Shown here: positions 45,762 through 55,234 of the stretch, piece after piece
Layout: each line of letters opens with the position of its first letter
Position numbering within the stretch: position 1 is the first letter of the stretch
Notes under the pieces: generated by a model
What the model saw: only the letters and a program-made list of their open reading frames with translations
Databases searched by the model: none
Told to the model about the DNA's origin: nothing
Program-made: the position numbers and the translations under genes
IMG/VR virus record: IMGVR_UViG_3300024359_000009
Location: 3,232-67,231 of that record
From: a virus
Length of the DNA stretch: 64,000 bases
Direction: 5' to 3' (one strand)

Positions 45762-46076
45762 TTACGCTTCTCCTTCTAAAAATTTGAACGCTTGACCTAC
45801 GATTAACGGAAGGTAAATATGTCCGATAAGTTTTTTTAACAATGTTACATCTTCTACCTTTAAATCTATAACCTCTTTAGCGTTATAAATATCCTGGGAC
45901 AAATTGTATCTTCTTGCTTTTTCCTCACCACTCATTTCATCATTTTCTCCAGGTGTTAACAATGCTGTTATGCAAATGTCTTTTAAGTTCATTTTAGAAC
46001 TTTCTGGATTCTTAGGATCTGCTGGTATCGATTTACCATCCAAAGTTTTAAATTCTTTTACTAAATTTACTTTCAT
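45762..46076 (-). CDS. hypothetical phage protein
   Basis: 104-aa ORF with its own -7 box and a downstream terminator. Confidence 0.65.
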   Translation of the reverse strand: MKVNLVKEFKTLDGKSIPADPKNPESSKMNLKDICITALLTPGENDEMSGEEKARRYNLSQDIYNAKEVIDLKVEDVTLLKKLIGHIYLPLIVGQAFKFLEGEA

Positions 46077-46101
46077 TTCTCTCTCTTTTAAACTATTTAT
46101 A

Positions 46102-46109
46102 CAAATATA
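46102..46109 (-). promoter_or_regulatory. putative -7 promoter box (TATATTTG)
   Basis: TAnnTTTG upstream of 46076. Confidence 0.5.
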
Positions 46110-46110
46110 A

Positions 46111-46821
46111 TTAATTTTTATACGCTAATTCCATAAATAACCCATTTATTCTATCAAAAGTTTCAGTGCTATGTCCTATAACATCATCTAACTCAAATGC
46201 TATAACTTCATATACTGCTAATAATAATTGAAAATTATTTTCATAAAAGTCACACGCAAAAATACTTTCAACTCTTTTATTGTATCTATCAATAGTAGAA
46301 GATCTTATACCATGAAATTTATTTATAACTTGTTTAGCTTGATCCTTGGTTAATCCTTCATTTATAAATCTTTCTAATAAATCTTTATTTAAAGAATAAT
46401 TACATTCTTGTAATGATGTAACTATTAAATGTTTTAATGATACTCTTGACAATTCATTAGTAGCATTGTAACATACTTTTAACATAGATACTTTTGTATT
46501 TTCAAGCAGTATATTTAAAAAATCTATAAAAAATTCTGATTTAGATGTGTCTAACTTTCCATGTGTGTAAAAATCAAATCTGGATCCTTTAGAGTTTTCT
46601 AATTCTAAAAACAAATCATGTTGTTCTAAATCTGATATTTTATACTTAAATTTTTCTTTTCCTTTAAAAGAATGTATTATAGCTGGTATGTTTACTTTTT
46701 CTATAAACCTTCCAATTGATTTTCGTGTATAATATATAAAAATAGCACTAATAATTACAATTCCTAAAACCCATTGATTGCTTATATATGTAATTGTTTC
46801 TCCAAATAAATCTGTTAACAT
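46111..46821 (-). CDS. membrane-anchored hypothetical protein
   Basis: One N-terminal transmembrane helix (WVLGIVIISAIFIYY) followed by a basic patch and a soluble helical domain. Confidence 0.6.
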   Translation of the reverse strand: MLTDLFGETITYISNQWVLGIVIISAIFIYYTRKSIGRFIEKVNIPAIIHSFKGKEKFKYKISDLEQHDLFLELENSKGSRFDFYTHGKLDTSKSEFFIDFLNILLENTKVSMLKVCYNATNELSRVSLKHLIVTSLQECNYSLNKDLLERFINEGLTKDQAKQVINKFHGIRSSTIDRYNKRVESIFACDFYENNFQLLLAVYEVIAFELDDVIGHSTETFDRINGLFMELAYKN

Positions 46822-46845
46822 GAGAGTGTGTTTTAATAAAAATTT

Positions 46846-46997
46846 TCAATCCTTAAAAGTACGTATTAAATTCAAATTTACTTTTAAAAAACTCTTTTTT
46901 ATGCATTTATTTATTACATCCTCTGGAGTAAGATCATAATAATTTTGAAAGTTATAAATCCAAGCTCTCTACATGCTATTATATCTCCTGTTCTCAT
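46846..46997 (-). pseudogene. internally deleted remnant of a permuted papain-like (YiiX/YaeF-type) gene
   Basis: MRTGDIIACR is joined out of frame to AWIYNFQNYYDLTPEDV...; these look like the N- and C-terminal ends of that family with the middle missing. Confidence 0.45.
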
Positions 46998-47019
46998 GGT
47001 ACTTTATTTAATTGGATTT

Positions 47020-47250
47020 TTACGGTATTAGCTGATTAATAGTAGCGTCACCTTTATAAACTTTGTTTTCTAAAATTGATGCTAATGTAAAATTAGTTAA
47101 ATAAGAATTAACAATACTGTCCATTTGCTGTTTAGTTTCCAAAATATCTTCATACAAAAATGTTAAAGTTTGCTGATTGTGTTTTACATCATAAACAATC
47201 TTTGTTCCTTTTGTATTTAATTCGTTTTCTAATCCTGTGAAGTCTTCCAT
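47020..47250 (-). CDS. small hypothetical protein (possible fibre chaperone)
   Basis: 76-aa ORF tightly packed after the fibre-like genes. Confidence 0.55.
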   Translation of the reverse strand: MEDFTGLENELNTKGTKIVYDVKHNQQTLTFLYEDILETKQQMDSIVNSYLTNFTLASILENKVYKGDATINQLIP

Positions 47251-47254
47251 AATA

Positions 47255-47896
47255 TTAATAATTAAATTTCAAATGTGGTCTTAAATTTTGTCTGCTCAAT
47301 GAAGTTGGTAAAGAACCATCTGAATAGTCAAAACCCCCTTTTTGGTTACTTGCTAAAGTGGAATCTGTGTCCCAAAAAGGATAATTACTTAAGTCGTATG
47401 ATCCTTGATTATTAATCCACATTACAACAACACTATCTGTACCATTATAACAAAAATTATCTGTAAAGTCTAAGTTTTTCCAACCTGAAGAGGCTGTTTG
47501 ATACCAACTGCCGTCTAATACTGTTGTTTCGTCATTTACAATAAGTGAACCATTTGCACCTACTAAGCTTAAATTATTTCCACTACCCAAAGTGTTTATA
47601 GTACCTGGCAAAGTTATTTGAGACGTATGATAAATCTTTATAGTTTGATTAAGCTGTGTTATTCCACTCGGTTCTGTGTATGCTTTAGAAAGCTGTAAGC
47701 CTGTAAATTGCTTTGCGTTACCAAGCTCAAAAGCACTCATTATCCATATACCTAATGAATATCTGTAATAACCACTATAAGGCGTATAAGAATTAACTGA
47801 ACCTGAACCACTCAAAACAGTATAATTAGTTCCAACAATAGGCGCACAGGATTCGACCTGTGCGCTTGATAAAATTCCATGAGTAGATAAAATCAT
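47255..47896 (-). CDS. putative receptor-binding / fibre accessory protein
   Basis: MILSTHGILSS N-terminus; Ser/Thr/Gly/Asn-rich beta-sandwich with FCYNGTDSVVV...RP. Confidence 0.5.
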   Translation of the reverse strand: MILSTHGILSSAQVESCAPIVGTNYTVLSGSGSVNSYTPYSGYYRYSLGIWIMSAFELGNAKQFTGLQLSKAYTEPSGITQLNQTIKIYHTSQITLPGTINTLGSGNNLSLVGANGSLIVNDETTVLDGSWYQTASSGWKNLDFTDNFCYNGTDSVVVMWINNQGSYDLSNYPFWDTDSTLASNQKGGFDYSDGSLPTSLSRQNLRPHLKFNY

Positions 47897-47904
47897 TTTT
47901 TTTT

Positions 47905-48480
47905 TTATTGTAAATTACCACCAAGAGACCAAGTATCTGTGTTGGTTTTTATTAATGTAAATAACGAATACTGCCCCAATGATATAGTCTTATTTAGATA
48001 TGATTCAATAATAACTCCTCCAGTAGGCAAAAATATAGTTTGTCCTGCACCCTTTTGTTTTACTAAAATTTGGGTTCCAATTGGAAAAGCCACCGAGCTA
48101 TTTAATGGTATTACCAAAGTGTTACCACTTCCATTGTTCATTGAAACTAATTTATTAGCATCACTTAAAACAAGTGTATATGACGCACCTGTTTGAGCAT
48201 TTTCAGTAATTAATTTATCAGACTTTACTTCTATAATTTCATCAAGTGCTGCAATTAAATCTGTTTGTGATGATAATGTTCCTGTTATATCTCCCCAAGC
48301 AGTTGAGCTAACATAAGCATCATTAATTACTCCGTCAGCATTTTTATAATAAACAATCTCTGTTGCTAAGTCGTAAAAATAAGTATCATTTGATACACTA
48401 CTCCAATCAGCACTTGAATCTGTCTGCACGGTGTATTTAACACCTGCTGCCATTGTTGTTGTTACCGTAGTTACTGCCAT
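47905..48480 (-). CDS. tail fibre-associated protein
   Basis: WGDITGTLSSQTDL and YTLVLSDANKLV...FPIGTQI...W.LGGNL modules common in phage fibres. Confidence 0.65.
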   Translation of the reverse strand: MAVTTVTTTMAAGVKYTVQTDSSADWSSVSNDTYFYDLATEIVYYKNADGVINDAYVSSTAWGDITGTLSSQTDLIAALDEIIEVKSDKLITENAQTGASYTLVLSDANKLVSMNNGSGNTLVIPLNSSVAFPIGTQILVKQKGAGQTIFLPTGGVIIESYLNKTISLGQYSLFTLIKTNTDTWSLGGNLQ

Positions 48481-48481
48481 A

Positions 48482-48763
48482 TTAAATAGTATTTGCTGTT
48501 ATAAAATTATCTAAAGCTGTTTTTTGATCTGCTGTCATTAGATCGTATTCTAATTCTTCAAAACTTTTCGGAATACCGTCAGTAATCTCATAAAATTTCA
48601 TTATTCTTTTTATAGGTTGACTAACATTTACTGTTGTCAAGTCCTGTGTATCAATAAACATTGATTCAAAAACAGGATCATTAAATTCTGTTTCTTCTTG
48701 TTGTTCCATATCAGAATCATACCTGTAAACAACTTTTTCTATTATGTCAAATTTTTCTGTCAT
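48482..48763 (-). CDS. small acidic protein (possible fibre chaperone)
   Basis: 93-aa ORF whose start overlaps the stop of the fibre gene. Confidence 0.55.
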   Translation of the reverse strand: MTEKFDIIEKVVYRYDSDMEQQEETEFNDPVFESMFIDTQDLTTVNVSQPIKRIMKFYEITDGIPKSFEELEYDLMTADQKTALDNFITANTI

Positions 48764-51700
48764 TATATTAAAATATTTCCTTGTGAATCACTTGTATTTA
48801 CTATACCTTGACTTATATTAGCCGTATTTACAGGAGTTGTTGAACCCTCAAATGAATTATTTGCATACTTCCACGTTGAACCTCCTGCTCCACCATATCC
48901 ATCAATGCAATAAGCTGAAGCATTTGCTACTTTAAATGATGAATTTACAATTTCTAATTCTAAAAGTACATTTGATGTTGTACAATGTCCTCCTGCATTA
49001 TTCCATTTACAAACAACTGTTGAATTGTAAAGATTAGGTCTAAAAGTTGTGATATTTGAAGATGACTCCACATAACAATTATAAAGTGCTTTTGTTCCTG
49101 TACCACTAAAAGCATAGTTTGAAGATGAAATTAAAGTTGAGTTATGAAAATCTCCTTGCCCACCAATACCACTTGTTGAAATACCAACACAATTCTTACC
49201 ATTTGCACACGATATACCTGCACTACTTGTACTTATTCCAACACAATTTGTTGGTCTTTGAGCATTTATTCCTATTGAACTTGTAGACTTACCTGTTGAT
49301 TCGTAAACTTCCCCATTGCAAACAATGCCAGTACCATTTGTAGTTATACCGACAGAATTATAAATTCTACCTGTACCGTTATAGATAGCATCTCCGTTAA
49401 CAATTTTTGCGTAACAATTTACTATTTCTCCAGTTGCAACATATATTCCATTACCATTTGAAGCACCTGTACATTGTATATTAGTGTCGTATACATTTAT
49501 TGCACCAAAAGGGTTATAAACACCTCTTAAAACTGCTGTAATATTAAGTCCGTATAATGATCCTAAGCCTGTTGTTCCACTTCCATAAGTGTTAATTAAT
49601 TGACACCCATTTCCTTTAACAGTTGCACCTGAGTTATTATGTTGTAAACAATAACCATTTGCATTTACGGATCTACCTGTTCTAATAATTGTTATATTAT
49701 TTAAGAAAACAGTTCCACTTGAATTAAAAGTAAAAGCGTGTGTGTCAGCGTCAACACTCAGTTTATAAATATGTCCATTCCCATTAACTGTAATGTCGGG
49801 AATTAATGTAACTGTTGTTGAAGTTGTTTCTTCAATATCAGCAAACATTTCAATAGTATCTCCTGCACTTGCCGAAGCTAAAGCCAAAGCAAAAGTAGAG
49901 TAATAAGTGTATGTCCCACTTGAATCTGAAATACCTAAAACTCCTCCACTTCCTCCTCCTCCTATTAATCCATCAACGTACTCTTTATCAACTAATGATC
50001 TGTTGGTATAATTAGCTGAGTAATCTGCTACATAAACAAGACCCTGAGAATTGATACTATCGTCAATAGTCCAAGCAGCATCGTACATCTGCATCTTATT
50101 GGAACTACCACTTACATCATCTTTATAAGTAAATAAAAGTTTACTTGGTAGTGCTTCTACTGTTGAACCTTTTGTGTATGCTGCGTTTACTCCTGTAAGT
50201 GTTGCTCCTCCACCTATAAGTATAACATTTCCGATATTTCCACCATCAATTCTTTCAAATTTAGAATAGCCAGAACTGAATAATAGAAAGTCATTTGTTG
50301 TAGTTCCATGTATTAGGTTAGTACCCATATTAATAGCTCCAGTCATAGTCCCACCAGAAAGAGGTAGAAAATTAGAGTAAATGGTTCCTTGTAATGTAGC
50401 TATCGCAGCAGTAGTCCAACTTTCTAAGGCAACAACCCCTGAAGCATCAGGAAAAGACCAAGTTCGGTTAGCAGTTGGTAGACCTATAAGATCTAAAGTT
50501 ACATCCGCTGTAGTACTTAAAGACTGAATTGTTCCAGTAGATGACCTAAAATGAAAGGAAGTCGAGTTAGTAACATCTTCTAAGAAAAAGGAGCCTCCTG
50601 ATGCGAAGTACATTTTTTGTGGAAATGATGGGTCGTAAAAATCAACGATTTTGTTACCATTCAGATTAATATCTCCAGACATAGTTCCTCCAGCAAGTGG
50701 GAGATAGTCAGCTAATCTTCCATCAATATACCCTTTATCTACTAAAGAACGTGCAGTGAAGTTCGCATTGTAATCAGCAGCGTATTGGAATCCTCTGGAA
50801 GAAGAAGATCCTCCATCTACTACAAATGAATGCTCTGATTCATCCCAAGATATTTTTGGTGTTCCTGTAACTCCTACTCGTATTAGGTCAATATCTATAT
50901 CGGATCCTGGATTAAAAGCTAAAAAGTTATCTAATGCTAAGTTCGTACCATCAAAAGATAGTCCCCCACCATATAAGAATCCATCATTAGAACCATTCAT
51001 ATAAGGAATCCTTCCAGAAATCCCGTATGCAGGAGTAGGAATAGCAGCTAAATTAACTCCTATAATACCCGTTATGTTATCATAATTAATCGTTGCGTCA
51101 CCTGATAAAGCTAATCTTGCTCTTGCATTTGTGTAATAAAGATTTCCAATACCTTCTATTAAGTTGTCTGTATCCTTCGCTGCAAAATTTGCATTAAATC
51201 TTGAAGTAGTGAAATAATAGTTTAAAGCTCCCTCTGATAAATCGTCTGTACTCTTAGAAGTCAACCTCGCATCAAAACGAGCGTTTGTGTAGTAGTATTT
51301 ATTACCGTCTAATTCTGTACCTGCTCCTGTTGCTGTTCCGTCAGAACCTTCATCTAAATCGTTGGTATCCAAAGGTATAGCACCTATCAAACCGATTTGA
51401 GCGTCTACATATTGTTTTGTAGCAGCATGTAAAGCATTTATTGGATCAGCATGTAAAGTAGCAAATCCACTCATAGTACCTCCAAATAAAGGTAAGAATT
51501 TATCTACATACTCTTTGTTAGCTAAATCTTCATCATTTGTAGGAGTAGAAGAAGACGTAATTTTATTAGAACCCATATCTAAGTTTCCAGTCATAGGACC
51601 GTTAGAAGCATCTAATTTTAATCTACTTGACTCTAAGTTTCCTATAGAATTATTTATTGATGTTAAATCTACATTAGCAGCATCTAAAATCATCTGACCT

Positions 51701-51804
51701 GTAATATAGTAGTTTTCCGTGCCTCTTCTTACACCAAACCAATCTGATACCTGTAACGAACCTCCACTTGGTAATTCTGATATTTTTTTATTTTCTGCAG
51801 CCAT
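48763..51804 (-). CDS. tail fibre / tailspike with a C-terminal beta-helix
   Basis: KKISELP N-terminus; LPLxGGTMxG, TDDLxEG-NxYYTNAR and ATKQYVD repeats; Gly/Ser/Asn/Cys-rich beta-helix-like C-terminus. Confidence 0.8.
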   Translation of the reverse strand: MAAENKKISELPSGGSLQVSDWFGVRRGTENYYITGQMILDAANVDLTSINNSIGNLESSRLKLDASNGPMTGNLDMGSNKITSSSTPTNDEDLANKEYVDKFLPLFGGTMSGFATLHADPINALHAATKQYVDAQIGLIGAIPLDTNDLDEGSDGTATGAGTELDGNKYYYTNARFDARLTSKSTDDLSEGALNYYFTTSRFNANFAAKDTDNLIEGIGNLYYTNARARLALSGDATINYDNITGIIGVNLAAIPTPAYGISGRIPYMNGSNDGFLYGGGLSFDGTNLALDNFLAFNPGSDIDIDLIRVGVTGTPKISWDESEHSFVVDGGSSSSRGFQYAADYNANFTARSLVDKGYIDGRLADYLPLAGGTMSGDINLNGNKIVDFYDPSFPQKMYFASGGSFFLEDVTNSTSFHFRSSTGTIQSLSTTADVTLDLIGLPTANRTWSFPDASGVVALESWTTAAIATLQGTIYSNFLPLSGGTMTGAINMGTNLIHGTTTNDFLLFSSGYSKFERIDGGNIGNVILIGGGATLTGVNAAYTKGSTVEALPSKLLFTYKDDVSGSSNKMQMYDAAWTIDDSINSQGLVYVADYSANYTNRSLVDKEYVDGLIGGGGSGGVLGISDSSGTYTYYSTFALALASASAGDTIEMFADIEETTSTTVTLIPDITVNGNGHIYKLSVDADTHAFTFNSSGTVFLNNITIIRTGRSVNANGYCLQHNNSGATVKGNGCQLINTYGSGTTGLGSLYGLNITAVLRGVYNPFGAINVYDTNIQCTGASNGNGIYVATGEIVNCYAKIVNGDAIYNGTGRIYNSVGITTNGTGIVCNGEVYESTGKSTSSIGINAQRPTNCVGISTSSAGISCANGKNCVGISTSGIGGQGDFHNSTLISSSNYAFSGTGTKALYNCYVESSSNITTFRPNLYNSTVVCKWNNAGGHCTTSNVLLELEIVNSSFKVANASAYCIDGYGGAGGSTWKYANNSFEGSTTPVNTANISQGIVNTSDSQGNILI

Positions 51805-51815
51805 AAACTTTCTTT

Positions 51816-52355
51816 TTATTCGTAGAAATTGTAATTATTCATTGAGTTCATATATTCTTTCCAAGCTTTAGAATCACTTGCTAATAAACAAGTAGTATTC
51901 TCTAATTGAATACAAGAATCTTCTATCGGTTCTTCTAATAAGAACAACCCTCCAGATTCTAAAGCTAAACAACAAGGTCCTGATGATGGTAATGGTGGAA
52001 TACCTGCTGGTATTTGTAAATCTCCATTAGCATCTGCAACAACTGATTCTTTAGGTCTGAAACATATATTCTTACAATATTTTTGAAACCATGCAAATAT
52101 TTCATCTAACTGTTTTTCTGTAATACAGTTAATATTTCCCACTTGATCTCCTGCGTAAGAAATAGTAGATAAATTTTCATATTCACAAATTACATCTAAG
52201 AAAGCATTTGCTAACTTAAATTCTCTCATTTCTTTCTCTTCTACTTTATCTCCTTTCTGTGTATCACAACAGATAGAAGCACCTTTATCTGCTATACATT
52301 CAGAGATTAACCATCTTCTATGCTGTAAATCAGCTTTTGTGTAGTATAAAGGCAT
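51816..52355 (-). CDS. putative tail hub / fibre adaptor
   Basis: Cys-rich; NCITEKQL and LALESGGLFLLE motifs; position in the tail module. Confidence 0.5.
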   Translation of the reverse strand: MPLYYTKADLQHRRWLISECIADKGASICCDTQKGDKVEEKEMREFKLANAFLDVICEYENLSTISYAGDQVGNINCITEKQLDEIFAWFQKYCKNICFRPKESVVADANGDLQIPAGIPPLPSSGPCCLALESGGLFLLEEPIEDSCIQLENTTCLLASDSKAWKEYMNSMNNYNFYE

Positions 52356-52360
52356 ATCTT

Positions 52361-53380
52361 TTATATTTTAATTACTGGTATCATTGCATAATACGGAGGT
52401 AAAGCATTTGCTTCAGCATTCGTATTGGTAGCCTCTGTAGTGTCAAATGCAGACTCTGTTGATATATTGTCATCAGTAGTACCTGTTACGCCATTAGTAC
52501 TCGCTGTACCATACTCGGGTTGAACTATCGTGTGTGTATGAGCACCTCCTTGTATCCACCCACTATTATACAAACTTGGTGTTTGATTTGTTAATCTAAT
52601 ACCTTCCGCACCTCCTGTACCACCGTCTTGATCTCCTAAGAAGCTATGTCCATGCGCACCACCACTTACGCTTACATCTGTTGTTCTTGGGTGAGTATGT
52701 GCATCTACAACAATTCCACTTGTTCCGTGTGTATGTGTAGGTAAATTATTTTCTAATAGAGTAATATTATCATGTGTGTGGTTTTTAGTACCACCTTGTG
52801 CATCCTTAGCGAAGTCTGCGTCTGATAAACTATAACCAGCTAAAAACTTTCCTCTTAAATCAGGGATAGAAATTGGACCAGTACCATCTGATTTATTTTT
52901 AATCACTCCATCACAGATAGCCCAACCTAATAAGTTAGCACCTCCAGAACCTGATAAATCTTTTCCGTATCCACTTGCATCAAAATTTGCAGTACTTAAA
53001 TAAAAATGTTCTACTTTTCCAAGTGGATTCATTTTGTTCAACCATAAAGCCAATTCTGTACCTACAAAATCATTGTAAGTGTTATATGTAACATCTAAAG
53101 ATGTTAAAACATCTCCTGCTATTCCAGAAGAAGGATTACCATCTGCTCCATCTGCTCCACGTAGATCGTCTGTAGCATAAGTAGTACCATCCGTAAATGT
53201 AAATGTAACAACACCAGTTAAAGGGTCATAAATAGATGAAACTATTCCTCTTCCATCGTTTCCAGGATTACCTTGAGGTCCTGTTGGTCCTGTTGGTCCT
53301 AAAGGTCCTGTCGGTCCTACTGGTATTCTTATATTTGCTGGGTCACAACTGCACCCATTATTTCCGCAACTTCCACACAT
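52361..53380 (-). CDS. short fibre protein with collagen repeat, tail-collar domain and HxH motifs
   Basis: GPTGPLGPTGPTGPQGNPG; GWAICDG...PDLRGKF; five HxH motifs; C-terminal LPPYY...IKI. Confidence 0.8.
   Translation of the reverse strand: MCGSCGNNGCSCDPANIRIPVGPTGPLGPTGPTGPQGNPGNDGRGIVSSIYDPLTGVVTFTFTDGTTYATDDLRGADGADGNPSSGIAGDVLTSLDVTYNTYNDFVGTELALWLNKMNPLGKVEHFYLSTANFDASGYGKDLSGSGGANLLGWAICDGVIKNKSDGTGPISIPDLRGKFLAGYSLSDADFAKDAQGGTKNHTHDNITLLENNLPTHTHGTSGIVVDAHTHPRTTDVSVSGGAHGHSFLGDQDGGTGGAEGIRLTNQTPSLYNSGWIQGGAHTHTIVQPEYGTASTNGVTGTTDDNISTESAFDTTEATNTNAEANALPPYYAMIPVIKI
53277..53318 (-). repeat. 9-bp tandem repeat encoding collagen Gly-Pro-X triplets
   Basis: ggtcctgtt-type units repeated about five times. 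Confidence 0.7.
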
Positions 53381-53391
53381 AGTTTATATTT

Positions 53392-54027
53392 TTATGAACA
53401 TCCACAACCACAGTCACTACTGTTTATGCAAGCTAATTGTTCTTTTACTTTATCAATTTTTCCCATTGCTGCGTTATACAACATAGATTTATACATAGCA
53501 TACGTTGCTAATGCATCATCTGTAGAACCTCCGTTACAACAATCTTCACACGTTACTTTCGCTAAAGCGTTATGTACTCTACATTTGGCATTATGAGCCA
53601 AAACTATGTATTTTGTAGCTATTGGTAAAAATCCAGTTTGATTTGCGTCTTCTACTAAATAACGTATTGTATAAACACCATCAGGTAAAACAGTATCGGC
53701 AGTATATCCTATATCTTCTGGGTTTATTTCAAATGTATTTGCTGTTCCTGGATTTATAAAAGTAACAGGCACATCTAAACCATAAGTATACGAAGTGTCT
53801 TCTGGTCTCATAACCTCAATTAAAATACCAGTTGATGTCAATACAGAGCCTACATCCGTTCTTTCTGGATTAGGAGTTCCAAATCCACTCGGATTTGTTG
53901 AAACATTATAATCACCAGTAGTTTCTTTTAATGCAAGAATCTTTCCACTGTGTGATTGTGCTGCCTCTAATTTTAAAAGTAAGTTGCTTGTTACGCTAAC
54001 TCCTGTGTATGGACTTGTATATGGCAT
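53392..54027 (-). CDS. putative tail hub protein
   Basis: TGDYN..NPSGFGTPN and LPDGVYTIRY motifs; Cys-rich C-terminus CGCGCS. Confidence 0.6.
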   Translation of the reverse strand: MPYTSPYTGVSVTSNLLLKLEAAQSHSGKILALKETTGDYNVSTNPSGFGTPNPERTDVGSVLTSTGILIEVMRPEDTSYTYGLDVPVTFINPGTANTFEINPEDIGYTADTVLPDGVYTIRYLVEDANQTGFLPIATKYIVLAHNAKCRVHNALAKVTCEDCCNGGSTDDALATYAMYKSMLYNAAMGKIDKVKEQLACINSSDCGCGCS

Positions 54028-54069
54028 CGTGTTTAATTATTGTATTTGTGAAAACCAAATTTTAATCCT

Positions 54070-54077
54070 CAAAAATA
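54070..54077 (-). promoter_or_regulatory. putative -7 promoter box (TATTTTTG)
   Basis: TAnnTTTG downstream of a terminator and upstream of the tail operon. Confidence 0.45.
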
Positions 54078-54122
54078 AAGAATTTATTTGATTTTTTTGT
54101 ATTATGTTAGATATTAATTATT

Positions 54123-54153
54123 AAAAAAGGGTTAAGAAATACATCTTAACCCT
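54123..54153 (-). terminator. intrinsic terminator
   Basis: AGGGTTAAGA-N6-TCTTAACCCT hairpin followed by a U-tract on the - strand. Confidence 0.8.
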
Positions 54154-54180
54154 CTCTGTATAAAAATAGAAATTTAATTC

Positions 54181-55209
54181 TTACAATGTAATCGCTGGGA
54201 AAGCTTTAGGCGTAGAAGCCATGTAAGCATTTAAACGTGCTTCAAGGTACTCTGCTGGAGAGTTAGCTGTAGCACTTTCTTCTACTGCGATCAATAACGT
54301 AGATGGAGATGCAATTGCTCTATCTAAAGATGCACTTTCGTGAACATCATCAAATTCAATTACATAAACATTGTACGAAGCACCTGCTTTAGCAGCTGTG
54401 TAAGGAACTGGAATTGGGAAACCAGTACGGTTTAAAGCACCATCGTATCCTACTGCATCATTTTCCAATGTAGCAATTAGTTCGTAAGTACCTGCACCTT
54501 GACTTGGTCCGTTTGAAGCAGCACCAGTAGTTGTTCCGTTAGGATTAGCTACATTGTAAAGGTATCCAAACTCATCAACTTGAGAAGCTAATGTATCGAA
54601 TCCTTCATCTAAAGAAACTTCAAAAGAAACTTGCTCATATCCGTCTAATGGATTGAAAGTAACTTTTTTACCAGTTAAGCTAATCCCAGCATCACCTGCC
54701 ATAGCAGCAGCTGTTAATAATGTAGCACATACTTGGTCTGCATTAATTAAAGCTACGAAATCAGTCTCAAGAGTTGCTCCAGTTGGAGTAGCAGTATAAG
54801 TTTTAGAAAAACTTCTTCTGTATTGTCTCTCAGAGAAAAGCCCTTTATCGTGAGTGAAATTGATGTGCATTGAAAATAACAATGCAGAAGCTAAAGGAGT
54901 AATGTCTCCTGAAGTACCGTTTTCACCGATATAAGTTACTTGCTCAACAGCAGCAGCTGGAGCGATACCTTGGTACTTACGTACATTAGCACCCTGAAGT
55001 GGTTGACCAAATTTAGGGCTTCCTAAAACATTAGTTCCCATTACTGGTGTGATTACATCTGAATCAGAGATAGTCTCAGCAGCACCTAACGCAGTTCCAT
55101 CTCTTTTTAATAAAAGAAATTCACCTTCTGCTAAGTTAGCTGGAGTAGTACCTGTCTGTGCAGCTACTCTGTTACTTACTAAAACTTTAAGTGTTCTATC
55201 GTGTGACAT
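54181..55209 (-). CDS. auxiliary capsid protein (putative)
   Basis: Ala/Thr-rich, codon usage like a highly expressed gene, third gene after the MCP as in the crAss capsid module. Confidence 0.6.
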   Translation of the reverse strand: MSHDRTLKVLVSNRVAAQTGTTPANLAEGEFLLLKRDGTALGAAETISDSDVITPVMGTNVLGSPKFGQPLQGANVRKYQGIAPAAAVEQVTYIGENGTSGDITPLASALLFSMHINFTHDKGLFSERQYRRSFSKTYTATPTGATLETDFVALINADQVCATLLTAAAMAGDAGISLTGKKVTFNPLDGYEQVSFEVSLDEGFDTLASQVDEFGYLYNVANPNGTTTGAASNGPSQGAGTYELIATLENDAVGYDGALNRTGFPIPVPYTAAKAGASYNVYVIEFDDVHESASLDRAIASPSTLLIAVEESATANSPAEYLEARLNAYMASTPKAFPAITL

Positions 55210-55234
55210 TTTTTAAAATTTTTACGATTAATAA

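Noticed and set aside
47896-47906. A11 homopolymer between two fibre genes as a frameshift or phase-variation site
   Set aside because: The run starts inside the upstream TAA and ends at the next ATG, so slippage cannot fuse the frames. It fits an A-rich translation leader.
47020-53380. Diversity-generating retroelement acting on the fibre genes
   Set aside because: No reverse transcriptase and no template/variable repeat pair differing at adenines was visible in this window.
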